Source: Chloroflexota bacterium (lineage in GTDB: Bacteria; Chloroflexota; UBA11872; VXOZ01). Taken from it: a stretch of 64,000 bases of DNA. Below, piece after piece: positions 9,620 to 20,259 of this stretch. Under the pieces are notes generated by a model, which was not told the origin of the DNA, ran no database searches, and saw nothing but the letters and a program-made list of their open reading frames with translations. Where the stretch lies: assembly GCA_963662335.2 (NCBI GenBank), contig CAXXVD010000001.1:512001-576000 (forward strand), written 5' to 3'. Every line of letters starts with the position of its first letter. The stretch's first letter is position 1. A program made the translations under genes and the position numbers.

Positions 9620-11047
9620 CTACCAGCCGCCCACAAGCTCCTGCCACTTGGCGATGATGTTGTTCCACTCCTGCTCGACGTTGGCGAGTCCTTCTTGGAT
9701 GGTGATGTTGCCGGCCATCGCATCGGGCAAGAACCGCGACAACGCCGTGCGCATCTCGTCCGCGCCGGGGATTGGCAGCGAGTGCGACGCGCGGAACGGA
9801 ATCTGGTAACTCTGATGTTCGAGGAACGGGTCTCCTTCGGTGAACTCTGCCGAGTTTGCGACCGAAAGGCGGATAGGCACCCGGTCCCACGCCTTGGCCC
9901 AGCGGATGTTGTTTTCGGGCCGCGACACGAACTCAATCCAGGCAAAGGCCTCCTCGGGCACGGTGGTCCACGACGACATGATCCAAATGTGGTGGCCGCT
10001 CCAACTGGCCTGGCGCACGGCGTTCGGCGGTTTCGGGTGCTCGATGATGCTGAATTGGAACTCAGGATCGATGGGATGGATTTCCGCCTTGCGCGTGGAA
10101 TACGTGGCATACATCGTACCCGTGAAGCCGTTGACAAGCGCGGCGCCGCGCGGCGAACCGGAAGGCCGCGCGGTCTGGTAGAGCGTAGCCAACGCGTCCC
10201 AGCCGCCCTGGAGGTCGTTTACCTTCTTGACCCACGTGAGCGCTTCGATCCCTTCCGGGCTGTTCAGCGCCGCTTTGGTCAAGTCGTCGCTAATCCGCTG
10301 GCCGCCAAGCTGCAGGAACGGCGTAATCCACTGGTATCTCCCGCCGCTGCCCCACTCGGGCGGGAAACCGGCCACGATCAAATTGCCGGCCGCATCCTTG
10401 CGCATGGTCTTCTGGACAACTGATTCCAGGTCGTCCCAGGTTGCGGGGCCGTTATCCGGGTCCAGGCCGTTCTCCAGGAAGATGCCGTCGTGCATGTAGA
10501 GCACACGGAGGTCGGGGCCGTACGGGAAGCCATAGAGCTGACCGTCCTTGCTCCAGATCATGTTTTCGGTCAGGCTCGTCCAAATGTCCTCCATATCGAC
10601 GTTGGAGCCTTTTACGACGTCGTTGAGGCCCCGCGCCTGACCGAGCGCGCCAAGCTCGATGGCGTGCCATTCACCCCAGGAACTGATGTCGTGCGGCGTG
10701 TTGGCGGCAAACGCCGTGCGAAACGCGGCGTACCGTTCGCCCGAATTCGTCGACGGCGGATTTACGTCAAAGTCGATGTCCGGATGCTCTTCGCGGAATT
10801 CGGCGACAAGCTCGGCGGATACGCCCTCTTCTTCCTGGAATTTGAAGTAGGGGTGCGTGGCAAACAGGACGTACGCGGCTTCTTTTTCAGGTGCCGGGGC
10901 TTCCGCTTGCGGCGCTTCCGCTTGCTCTTCCTCGGCCATGGTAGCCGCGGGCGCCGCGCCGCAGGCCGCGAGCGCCAGCCCTGCCAGCGCGCCGCCTGAA
11001 CCGGCCAAGACATGGCGGCGTGAAAGCCGCTTTGCGTGCAGATTCAT
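9620..11047 (-). CDS. Carbohydrate-type ABC extracellular solute-binding lipoprotein (Tat signal)
   Basis: LSRRHVL twin-arginine motif, LAAC lipobox, GQLYGFP, PATWDDL; AAAGG RBS before ATG 11047. Confidence 0.85.
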   Translation of the reverse strand: MNLHAKRLSRRHVLAGSGGALAGLALAACGAAPAATMAEEEQAEAPQAEAPAPEKEAAYVLFATHPYFKFQEEEGVSAELVAEFREEHPDIDFDVNPPSTNSGERYAAFRTAFAANTPHDISSWGEWHAIELGALGQARGLNDVVKGSNVDMEDIWTSLTENMIWSKDGQLYGFPYGPDLRVLYMHDGIFLENGLDPDNGPATWDDLESVVQKTMRKDAAGNLIVAGFPPEWGSGGRYQWITPFLQLGGQRISDDLTKAALNSPEGIEALTWVKKVNDLQGGWDALATLYQTARPSGSPRGAALVNGFTGTMYATYSTRKAEIHPIDPEFQFSIIEHPKPPNAVRQASWSGHHIWIMSSWTTVPEEAFAWIEFVSRPENNIRWAKAWDRVPIRLSVANSAEFTEGDPFLEHQSYQIPFRASHSLPIPGADEMRTALSRFLPDAMAGNITIQEGLANVEQEWNNIIAKWQELVGGW

Positions 11048-11346
11048 CTGATCGCCTTTCTCGCATGTTAGAAACCGCGCCACAATTTGGCCAAGCGAGC
11101 GTGGCCGCGCCGCCGGTCTCCCTATCCGTGCCACTGTGAATGCCGGTGAAACCTACTGCCTTTCCGCGCCTCCTTTCCTCTCCGCCGCAAGAGACCGTCT
11201 CCACCGGACCGGCGCGCTCGCTGGCGCTAGGTCATTGGCATAGACGATAATCAGGCTTTCTTGGCCGCCGCGCGCGGAAAGAAGCAAAAGCGCCACACCG
11301 AGTCACGGCAGACTTCATAGGCCCGACTCCGTCTTCAGAACTACGG

Positions 11347-12123
<777 letters not shown>

Positions 12124-12198
12124 GTTTACCTCCCTGAATCTCCGCGTCCTGTCGCTATTGAGCCAGCCGCGCGCACGCGGCGAGGCGCTAATCCGCGC

Positions 12199-13437
12199 CT
12201 ACTGCCGGCCGACGCCGAGACGCCGTTCCACCCGGCGGCTGGCGAATGACATTGTATACGTAAAGAGCCAAAAGACCACTGCCACGAAGATGAAGAGTTC
12301 CCGTCCGTTGTCAGTGAACTGCACGTTGCCCTGCACGATGGAGCGCCCCATCTCCAGGATGTCCAACATGCCGACGACATAGACCAAGCTGGTGTCCTTG
12401 AAGAGCGCGATGAACTGGCCCACAATCGCGGGAATGACGTTGCGAATGGCTTGCGGCAGCAGGATGAGCGAGGTCACGCGCCAGCCCGGCAGGCCGAGCG
12501 CGCGCGCCGCCTCGGCCTGGCCCGGGTGTAATCCCTGCAAGCCGCCGCGAATGTTCTCAGCCGTGTAGGCCGCCGAGAAGAGCGTAATCGTAATGGCCGC
12601 CCGCGTCACCGAGTCCACCGGAAAGTTCTCCGGCAAGACCAGCGGCACCAGCACCTGCGACATGAAGAGCAGCGTAATCAGCGGCACGCCGCGAAAGACC
12701 TCTATGAAGACCACGCAGAGCACCTTGACCACCGGCAGGGCGCTCCGCCGCCCCAACGCCAGCAACACGCCGATCGGAAAGGCGAAGAAGATGCCGGAAA
12801 CCGCCAGGATCAGGTTGAGCATCAGGCCGCCCCATTGCCGCGGCGGCACTTCTTCCATGCCGGGCACGCCCGGCAGCCCGTTCAGCAGCACGAGCAAGGC
12901 CGCGTAGACGAGAATGCTGCCCAGAATGAAGTTGCGCGGCGTGGCGATCTTTGGGAGCGACCCCAGGCCGAAGCCAAGCGCCAGGGTCAGGAGGTTGGCC
13001 AGAATGCAGGCGCGCACCCACCCGGGCATCACCACGCCCTCGTGGAACATGCCGTAGGGCAGCACGCCAATCACGACGTCGACGACGGCGAAGCCAACCA
13101 TGATGCGCAGGGCGGAGCCGTGCCACATGGCGGCCGCCATGCCAAAGGGAATCGAGACCAGCAGCCAGCCTACCAGCGGCCGCCAGGCGTACTCGGTGGG
13201 GTAGAGGCCAATGAGGTACTGTTGCGGCCGGCTGGTGATGAGCGTCCAATCGGCGTCGCCGACAACCCAGCGCAGTAGGCTCCACACCACCCACAGGATC
13301 AAGGGGACGGTGACGATTGTCACGATCCCGCTGAGCCAATTGCCAAAGAGGTTGGCGCGCGCCCAGCCAATCCAGCCGGTCTCAGTGCGCGGCGGGGGCA
13401 GCGCCGGTGTCGGTTCCCATACTTCCGCGGTGGCCAT
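12199..13437 (-). CDS. aapM: General L-amino acid ABC transporter permease
   Basis: WARANLF, WGGLMLNL, FRGVPLITLLF, AENIRGGLQ, FKDTSLV. Confidence 0.85.
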   Translation of the reverse strand: MATAEVWEPTPALPPPRTETGWIGWARANLFGNWLSGIVTIVTVPLILWVVWSLLRWVVGDADWTLITSRPQQYLIGLYPTEYAWRPLVGWLLVSIPFGMAAAMWHGSALRIMVGFAVVDVVIGVLPYGMFHEGVVMPGWVRACILANLLTLALGFGLGSLPKIATPRNFILGSILVYAALLVLLNGLPGVPGMEEVPPRQWGGLMLNLILAVSGIFFAFPIGVLLALGRRSALPVVKVLCVVFIEVFRGVPLITLLFMSQVLVPLVLPENFPVDSVTRAAITITLFSAAYTAENIRGGLQGLHPGQAEAARALGLPGWRVTSLILLPQAIRNVIPAIVGQFIALFKDTSLVYVVGMLDILEMGRSIVQGNVQFTDNGRELFIFVAVVFWLFTYTMSFASRRVERRLGVGRQ

Positions 13438-13444
13438 AGGCCGA

Positions 13445-14635
13445 CTAGCCTCCGGTGAACTGGATGTGGCGGTTATAGAGATTGCCGATGAGCGAATACG
13501 CGAGACTGAACAGCAAGTAGACGCCCATGATGATGAGGAAGATAGAAACGGCCGGGGCGGTTTGCGTCATGGTCTTGGCCACGCTGGTCAGGTCCGCGTA
13601 GCCGATGGCCAGCGCCAGGCTGCTGTTCTTCGTGAGGTTGAGGGACTGGCTGATGAGCGGCGGCACGATCACGCGCAGCGCCTGCGGAAAGGTGACGAAG
13701 CGCAGCGTCTGCATGGTGCCCAAGCCCAAGGAGCGGGACGCCTCGGTCTGCCCCCGCGTGACGGATTGCAAGCCGCCGCGCACGATTTCCGCTATGAAGG
13801 CCGCCGTATAGATGATGAGAGCCACCAGCAGAGCCGTAAGTTCGATGGAAATCGTATACCCGCCGGCCGGATGGCCGAAGCGGCCCGCCGGTTCGGGCAC
13901 GCTCATCGCGAACGGCGCGTCGCCGATGGCAATCCACACCAGCCACGCGACGATTGCGCCCGCCGCTACCACGCCAGTTGCCCCCAGCCAGGGATACGAC
14001 GGCCGGCCGGTGCGCTCCTCGCGCCGCTCCAGGTAGAGCCGCGTCACGTGCGCCAGCGCAATCGCCAGCACGACGCACAGCAGCCACAGCCACGGCCGCT
14101 GCTGGCCTTCCGGCCAGGGAAACGATAGCCCGGCGTTGTTGTTGAGGTAGATGGCGCTAAACCAACTGAGGCCTTCGCGCGCCGGCGGCAATCCCAGGAG
14201 CAGGAAGTACCAGAAGACGAGTTGCACCAGCAGCGGCACGTTGCGGAAGATCTCGACGTAGACGGCGGCGACTTTGCTTATCACCCAGTTGCCGGAAAGC
14301 TGCACCGCGCCCACGACGATACCCAGCAGCGTGGCGAACACGACGCCGATTACTGAGACCATCAGCGTATTGGTGGCAGCCACCAGAAAGGCGTAGGCGA
14401 AGGTGTCGCTCTCTTCATAGGGCAGCAGGTGTTCGCTGATGGGGGTGGAGTACTCCCGGTTCAGGAACGACCAGCCGAAGGGGATGTCGCGTTGGTCTAT
14501 GGCGGTCGCGATGTTGGAGATGAAGAACGCCACCGCCGCCACCACCAGGATGCCGGAGACGATCTGCATGGTCCAGCTAAGCACGCGGGTGTGCCGCCAG
14601 ATGGGGATGCCCTGGTACGTCAGCGAGAGCCGCAT
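13445..14635 (-). CDS. aapQ: General L-amino acid ABC transporter permease
   Basis: FRNVPLLVQL, AFIAEIVRGG, LTKNSSLALAIGYADL; GAGGAG RBS before ATG 14635. Confidence 0.85.
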   Translation of the reverse strand: MRLSLTYQGIPIWRHTRVLSWTMQIVSGILVVAAVAFFISNIATAIDQRDIPFGWSFLNREYSTPISEHLLPYEESDTFAYAFLVAATNTLMVSVIGVVFATLLGIVVGAVQLSGNWVISKVAAVYVEIFRNVPLLVQLVFWYFLLLGLPPAREGLSWFSAIYLNNNAGLSFPWPEGQQRPWLWLLCVVLAIALAHVTRLYLERREERTGRPSYPWLGATGVVAAGAIVAWLVWIAIGDAPFAMSVPEPAGRFGHPAGGYTISIELTALLVALIIYTAAFIAEIVRGGLQSVTRGQTEASRSLGLGTMQTLRFVTFPQALRVIVPPLISQSLNLTKNSSLALAIGYADLTSVAKTMTQTAPAVSIFLIIMGVYLLFSLAYSLIGNLYNRHIQFTGG

Positions 14636-14775
14636 GTTCTGTGTCTCCTCAGGCGGCGGCAGACTTCTGCCGGTAGCGCGCGTGCCTTTTCGGGAATTGG
14701 CTGGCGCCGCAACCGTTGCCCCCATCCTAACCGCTGACCCAGTCAGTGGCAACTGGCAAGCGAGCGCCGGGGCCG

Positions 14776-15915
14776 TTAGCGCAGCGGCGCGGCGTAGATC
14801 TGCCCGCCCTTGGGGCAATCCGTGCAGGGCGCGTTGGACCACAAGGCGTTGCGCGAGCCTTCCCGCGGCAGATTGATATCGGTTTCCGGCCCCAGGTTGC
14901 GCGCGTAGATTTCGCCGTAGTTGCCCAGCGCCTTGATGACGGTCTGGCCCACTATCTGGTCCAGGCCCAGTTCCTCTTGGCCGAAAGAGCCTTCCGTTCC
15001 CAGCAACCGCTTCGCCTTGACGTTATCCCCGGCGGCGACTTCGTCCACGTTGGTCGAGTTGATGCCGTAGGCCTCGGCGTAGATCAAAATGCCCATCACG
15101 GTCTTTACGATGTCGAACCACTGCTCGTCACCGTGGGGCACCAACGGCCCCAGCGGTTCTTCGGAGATCGTCTCCGGCAGGATAATGTGGTCGTCGGGAT
15201 TCTCGAGCGTGCTGCGCAGCGCGGTCAATGCCGAGCGGTCGCTGGTGAACACCTCGCAGCCGCCGCTCTTGTACGCCTCGAACGCCACCTGCGCCTCTTC
15301 GAAGATCTTGGGGCTGTACTCCATTGCGTTCTGGCGGAAGAAGTCGGCCATGTTCAACTCGGTGGTAGTGCCGGTATTCACGCACACCGCCGCGCCGCTC
15401 AACTCGTAGGCGCTGCTCACGCCAAGACTCTTGGGCACCATGAAGCCCTGGCCGTCGTAGAACATAGTCTGCGCGAAATTGCCCCAGGCGGCGTCGCGTG
15501 AGGTTGTCCAGGTAGTCACGTAGACCAGCAAGTCCACCTCGCCGGACTGCATGGTGGGGCCGCGCTCGGCGGCCGTAATCACGCGAATCTCGACGGCGTT
15601 GGGGTCGCCCAACACGGCGGCGGCCACCGCGCGGCAGAGGTCGATGTCGAAACCGACGTTATTGCCGTCCGCGTCCAAGAAGCCGAAGCCCGGCGTGTCG
15701 GTCAGGCTGGCGCAGACCAGGCGGCCGCGGGCGCGCACCGCCGCCAGGCGCGAGGTTCGCTCCGGCGCGGCGGCCGCGCTCTCGGTCGCTGGCTGTGGGG
15801 CGGCGTCATCCGCCGCCGGCTCGGCAGCGTCGGCGCAGGCTACGCTCAGCGCCAGCAGCAGCGCCAAACCCAGACCGGCCGCGTACTTACTCGCTTGTCC
15901 CGCTATTGCGCGCAT
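14776..15915 (-). CDS. aapJ: Amino acid ABC substrate-binding lipoprotein (AapJ/BztA), copy 1
   Basis: SVAC lipobox, GFDIDLCRAVAAAV, FYDGQGFMV, GTTTELN, ISEEPLGP, GNYGEIY. Confidence 0.85.
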   Translation of the reverse strand: MRAIAGQASKYAAGLGLALLLALSVACADAAEPAADDAAPQPATESAAAAPERTSRLAAVRARGRLVCASLTDTPGFGFLDADGNNVGFDIDLCRAVAAAVLGDPNAVEIRVITAAERGPTMQSGEVDLLVYVTTWTTSRDAAWGNFAQTMFYDGQGFMVPKSLGVSSAYELSGAAVCVNTGTTTELNMADFFRQNAMEYSPKIFEEAQVAFEAYKSGGCEVFTSDRSALTALRSTLENPDDHIILPETISEEPLGPLVPHGDEQWFDIVKTVMGILIYAEAYGINSTNVDEVAAGDNVKAKRLLGTEGSFGQEELGLDQIVGQTVIKALGNYGEIYARNLGPETDINLPREGSRNALWSNAPCTDCPKGGQIYAAPLR

Positions 15916-16027
15916 GACTCTAAGACCTCTCCCTTGGGAACCTCTGCAAACGTCCGTCACTCCAGCGCAAGCCGTGAAATCGGAGCCGTCATTGAAGCTA
16001 CGTTGTCCCTTTTGTCAGCAGCCTCAA

Positions 16028-16062
16028 CCCCCATCCCAGCCTTCCCCCTCAAGGGGAAGGGG
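16028..16062. repeat. CCCC(T/A)CNCCC...GGGGAAGGG palindromic repeat family
   Basis: CCCCCATCCCAGCCTTCCCCCTCAAGGGGAAGGGG; relatives at 25371, 36508, 42421. Confidence 0.7.
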
Positions 16063-16159
16063 CAAAGACATGAGTCTCCTTATGGGTGGCAAATAGCAAA
16101 AGCCGCGCCGGCCCGGAGCGAGTCCAGGCCGACGCGACGATGTTCAGCGACGGTGTGCG

Positions 16160-17284
16160 CTAGCGCAGCGGCGCGGCATAGATCTGGCCGCCCTTCGGGC
16201 AGTCAGTGCACGGCGCGTTCGACCACAAGGCATTGCGCGAACCGGCGCGCGGCAGTTGGACGCCGTCGGGGTTGTCCAGGTTGCGCGCATAGATCTCACC
16301 GTAGTTGCCCACCGCCTTGATGACGGTCTGGCCCACGAGTTGATCCAGGCCCAGTTCCTCCTGGCCGAAGGAACCCTCGGTGCCCAGCAGGCGCTTCGCC
16401 TTCACGTTCTCGCCGCCGGCCACCGCGTCGACGTTGGTCGAGTCGATGCCGTAGGCCTCGGCGTAGATGAGGATGCTCATCACGGTCTTGACGATGTCGA
16501 ACCACTGCTCGTCACCGTGCGGCACCACCGGTCCCAGCGGCTCCTCGGAAATCGTCTCCGGCAGGATCACGTGGTCGTCCGGATTGGGCAGCGCCGTGCG
16601 CAATGCGGCAAGCTGCGAGCGGTCGTTCGTGAAGACCTCGCAGGCGCCGCTCTTGTAGGACTCCAGCACCACGTCGGTGTCTTCGTAGACCTTCGGGTTG
16701 TACTCCAGGCCGTTCTGGCGGAAGAAGTCGGCCATGTTCAGCTCGGTGGTGGTGCCGCTGGTCACGCAGACTGCGGCGCCGCCCAACTCGAACGCGCTAT
16801 TCACGCCCAGGCTCTTGGGAACCATGAAGCCCTGGCCGTCGTAGAACATGGTCTGGGCGTAGTTGCCCCAGGCGGCGTCACGGGACGTCGTCCACGTCAC
16901 CGTGCGCACCAGCAGGTCCACTTCACCCGATTGGACGGTGGGGCCGCGTTCGGCAGCCGTAATCAGGCGAATTTCGATGGCGTCCGGATCGCCCAGGACG
17001 GCCGCGGCCACGGCGCGGCAGAGGTCGATGTCGAAGCCGACGTTATTGCCGTCCGCGTCGACGAAGCCATAGCCGGGCACGTCGTTGCGGCTGGCGCAGA
17101 TAAGATGCCCGCGCTCGCGCACGGTATCCAGCCGCGAAGCCGCGGCCGGCGCTTCCATGGTTTCAGCAGCCTTGGCCTCTTCTTGCGGCTCTGCCGTTTC
17201 AGCCTCTTCCGTCGCGCACGCTACGCTGAACAGCAGCGCGAGCATGACGCCGAGGCCAATCAGATACTTAAACATCCTTCGCAT
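16160..17284 (-). CDS. aapJ: Amino acid ABC substrate-binding lipoprotein (AapJ/BztA), copy 2
   Basis: Same motifs as copy 1, with LLVRTVTWTTSRD; GGAGG RBS before ATG 17284. Confidence 0.87.
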   Translation of the reverse strand: MRRMFKYLIGLGVMLALLFSVACATEEAETAEPQEEAKAAETMEAPAAASRLDTVRERGHLICASRNDVPGYGFVDADGNNVGFDIDLCRAVAAAVLGDPDAIEIRLITAAERGPTVQSGEVDLLVRTVTWTTSRDAAWGNYAQTMFYDGQGFMVPKSLGVNSAFELGGAAVCVTSGTTTELNMADFFRQNGLEYNPKVYEDTDVVLESYKSGACEVFTNDRSQLAALRTALPNPDDHVILPETISEEPLGPVVPHGDEQWFDIVKTVMSILIYAEAYGIDSTNVDAVAGGENVKAKRLLGTEGSFGQEELGLDQLVGQTVIKAVGNYGEIYARNLDNPDGVQLPRAGSRNALWSNAPCTDCPKGGQIYAAPLR

Positions 17285-17418
17285 GGCAATCCCTCCCAAA
17301 TTGCACAAGAACGACACTGTTTCCAGGCTACATTATAGCCGCCGCCGCAGGCTGTTGCAAACGGCGCGTCCCGCTCCAGCGGTTGCGCGTCCTACTCATG
17401 CCGCCGCGGCCGCCGGCC

Positions 17419-18354
17419 TTACGCGGTCACCGCGGCCTGCCGCGCCAGCACGGCCTCCGCTTCGCGGGTGGAACGGTCATGGTACTCCACCCAGTTCTCC
17501 AGCCCGTACTCGCGCTTGAGGCGGCTGACGGGCCAGGCGTCGTCGTTGGACTCCACCATGAACACGCCGTCGTCCCGCGTGCCGACGATCGTCACGCGCT
17601 TGCCGAAGTCCGTCTGCATCTGGCGGATCTGGTCGAACTGCAAGTCGTAGTGAAAGACCTCGGCTTCCAGGTCCACCGTAGCATGGGCCACGTGCACCCC
17701 CAGGCCGCTGGCGGCGATCTCGTCGCCCAGCTTGTTGATGATGCGGGAGCGGCCGCCGCTGACCGAGGAAACGGCGATGTAACTGTGCAGCCAGGCGTAC
17801 GCGCGCAGCCGCAGGCCGCCGTCGCACATGCTGGGAAAGACCACCAGTTCCGCGCCCGATTCGCCAATGCGCGCCCACTCCTCCGGGTAGTCCACGTCGA
17901 AGCAGATGAGCATGCCCACGTTCCCAAAGTCCGTTTGGAAGACCGGCACGTCGGTATAGACGCCGGGGATGGTGCCCGCTTCCAGTTCGCCGAGCGTGGG
18001 GTGAATCTTGTCGTACTGCCCGGCGACGTGCCCCCGGCGGTCGAAGAGCACGCCGGTGTTGAAGCGCTCGCCCCCGCGCACCTCGCACATGCCCGCGGCC
18101 ACGTACATGCCGTGTTGGCGCGCTTTCGCCGCGAAGAGGTCGGACGTAGGGCCGGGAATCGGCTCCCAGGCTTCCTCGCGGATGGCGGGCGGCACGCCCA
18201 AGAGGGTGAACTCCTCCGGCAAGCAGGCCAGGTCGGCGCCCAACGCGCCCATTTGGTCCAGCAGTTCAACCGCCAATTCGTGGTTGGCGGCAATCGACGG
18301 GCGTCCCCGCATGTGGCCGACACAGGCGGTCGCCACTAGGGCTTTGCGCGGCAT
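17419..18354 (-). CDS. Carbon-nitrogen hydrolase (nitrilase superfamily)
   Basis: Catalytic E-K-C triad in LPEE, YDKIHP, ICFD; AAGGAG RBS before ATG 18354. Confidence 0.88.
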   Translation of the reverse strand: MPRKALVATACVGHMRGRPSIAANHELAVELLDQMGALGADLACLPEEFTLLGVPPAIREEAWEPIPGPTSDLFAAKARQHGMYVAAGMCEVRGGERFNTGVLFDRRGHVAGQYDKIHPTLGELEAGTIPGVYTDVPVFQTDFGNVGMLICFDVDYPEEWARIGESGAELVVFPSMCDGGLRLRAYAWLHSYIAVSSVSGGRSRIINKLGDEIAASGLGVHVAHATVDLEAEVFHYDLQFDQIRQMQTDFGKRVTIVGTRDDGVFMVESNDDAWPVSRLKREYGLENWVEYHDRSTREAEAVLARQAAVTA

Positions 18355-18474
18355 GTTCTTCGCTCCTTGCTGACGGCGGCTGGTGCGCCAGGCGCAGTGT
18401 TGCTTCTTGCGCTTGAGTATACTCCAAATCGCGCGGCGTAGGGGTTCCGCCTTCTCCGATTTGGCCCCCTCGTG

Positions 18475-18502
18475 GTAGGGGCGCGACATGTCGTGCCCCT
18501 AC
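18475..18502. repeat. GTAG-REP family C
   Basis: GTAGGGGCGCGACATGTCGTGCCCCTAC; copies at 28063, 57683, 60394. Confidence 0.85.
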
Positions 18503-18651
18503 CCGTGAATAGGACCGGTCGGCGGAGCGCGGCGGGCCGGTTGCGCATTGTGAACTGTGCCTTGCGTCTTGTATGGTAGATACAAGGGGTCGCGTCCGGT
18601 ACGTTCACCTCCGTTTAGTGCGCGCGGCGCTCGCAACAGCGGAATCAACCC

Positions 18652-20118
18652 GTGGGCTTCACGATACTACACACCAACGACCTGCACGGCTTCGTGCGCG
18701 CCGCGCCGCGCCTGGCGCGGCACGTCCAGGACGCCCGCGCGCGGCTGGATACCGTGCTCTTCGCGGACGTGGGCGACTTCTTCCGGCTCAAGCGCCACCG
18801 GCGACCGCAGGACGACGACCGCGTAACGGCCTGGACGCTGCGCACGTTGGGTTACGACGTGGTCACGCCGGGCAACGCCGAACTCTCGCGCTTCGATCCG
18901 TGGCATCTAAACTTCCTGATCGCCCAGAACTGCGGCACGATGCTCTGCACCAGCGGCTTCAACGCCCGGCTGCCCGCCTCGTGCCGCCCCTACCGCCTTT
19001 TCACGCTGGACGGCGCGCGCGTGCTCTTCATCGGCGTCTGCACTGAGGATACCCACTGGGACCTGGCCGCGCCGGGGTACAACTTCTACTCTTCCGCCCG
19101 CCGTTCGGCCGCCAAGACCGCCAGTCTGGTAAACGCCTACCGCGACCGGGTGGACATGATAGTGGTGCTCTCCCACTCCGGCATGGCCCAGGACATCCTG
19201 CTGGCCGAGCAGGTGCCGGAAATCGACCTGATTCTCAGCGGCCATTGCCACCATCCCACCCTGCGGCCGCTCTCCGTTGGCAAGACGAAGATCGTCCAGG
19301 CCGGGCTCAACGGCATGTTCATCGGGCAGGTGGACGTAACACTCGGCAACGGCGGCCCGACGCTGGAGGCGAGCATGCACACCATCGACGCGGAGTCCCC
19401 GGCAGATGAGGTGATGGAGCGTTTGCTCCGCTTGCAGGGCCGGCGCAACGACCCGGACATGCTGCGCATCATCGGCGAGGCCGGCGAGAACATCGGACAG
19501 GGCTACCTGGCGAGCAACGGCCTGGGCAACGCCGTCACCGACATCTGGCGCGCGGCCACCGGCGCGGACATCGCGTGGACGAAAGCCACCTTCATCACCC
19601 CGCTCTTCGCCCCCGGCCACCAACTAACGGCCTGGGACCTCCAACTCTGCGTGCGCGGCTTTCCGCTCTCGAAACTGCTGACGCTGACGGGCGCGCAGGT
19701 GCGGCAGGCGCTGGAACACAGCGTGGCCGACCAGTCCTACGCGTTCTTGCCGCCGGACCGCCGCGACGAACTGGTGAAGCAACTCGAGGACGCCTCCGCC
19801 CTGCCGGGCTGCAACTTCCTCCACCAGTCCGGCATGCAGGTGGAAGTGGACTTGACCAAGCCTACGGGCGAGCGCGTGCAGGAAGTCCGCGTGGGCGACA
19901 GGCCGCTGCAACCGGACGCGACCTACCGCGTGGCGATGGACGCCTTCCACGCCCGCGGCGGCTCGGCCTTCACGATGCTGGCCGCGGCCGGCAGCCGCGA
20001 GGACCTGAAACTGGACAACCCGGTGGAAGCGCACGTGCGTGAAACCGGCACCCTGGAGGGTACGCTGGATGAGCGCTACCAAATCGTGGGGGCCACGGCC
20101 CTGGCGGCCATGGCCTGA
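18652..20118 (+). CDS. Metallophosphatase / 5'-nucleotidase family protein (no signal peptide, GNAE variant)
   Basis: LHTNDLHG, DVGD, VLSHSG, SGHCH, and C-terminal LTGAQVRQALE / YRVA domain. Confidence 0.8.
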   Translation: MGFTILHTNDLHGFVRAAPRLARHVQDARARLDTVLFADVGDFFRLKRHRRPQDDDRVTAWTLRTLGYDVVTPGNAELSRFDPWHLNFLIAQNCGTMLCTSGFNARLPASCRPYRLFTLDGARVLFIGVCTEDTHWDLAAPGYNFYSSARRSAAKTASLVNAYRDRVDMIVVLSHSGMAQDILLAEQVPEIDLILSGHCHHPTLRPLSVGKTKIVQAGLNGMFIGQVDVTLGNGGPTLEASMHTIDAESPADEVMERLLRLQGRRNDPDMLRIIGEAGENIGQGYLASNGLGNAVTDIWRAATGADIAWTKATFITPLFAPGHQLTAWDLQLCVRGFPLSKLLTLTGAQVRQALEHSVADQSYAFLPPDRRDELVKQLEDASALPGCNFLHQSGMQVEVDLTKPTGERVQEVRVGDRPLQPDATYRVAMDAFHARGGSAFTMLAAAGSREDLKLDNPVEAHVRETGTLEGTLDERYQIVGATALAAMA

Positions 20119-20174
20119 CCATGAAACGGCCTAACTGTAGAACGGCCATATCATGGAGAAAAGCGCGGCGGCAT

Positions 20175-20259
20175 CCGTCATTCCCGCGAACGCGGGAATC
20201 CATCCGCTCTTGGTCGCGCACGGAACCAAGATGGATTCCCGCGTTCGCGGGAATGACGG
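20175..20259. repeat. GTCATTCCCGCG-N-CGCGGGAATCC inverted doublet (REPIN/RPE-like)
   Basis: CCGTCATTCCCGCGAACGCGGGAATCCAT ... ATGGATTCCCGCGTTCGCGGGAATGACGG. Confidence 0.88.

Noticed and set aside
8628-9890. 420-aa ORF as an N-terminally extended or fused amidohydrolase
   Set aside because: The extension runs through REPs and overlaps the SBP gene; the paralog supports a start at 9428.
11050-11340. Riboswitch or RNase P RNA upstream of the SBP
   Set aside because: GAGGAAAG is present but not followed by the RNase P consensus; no glycine, SAM, TPP or cobalamin core recognised.
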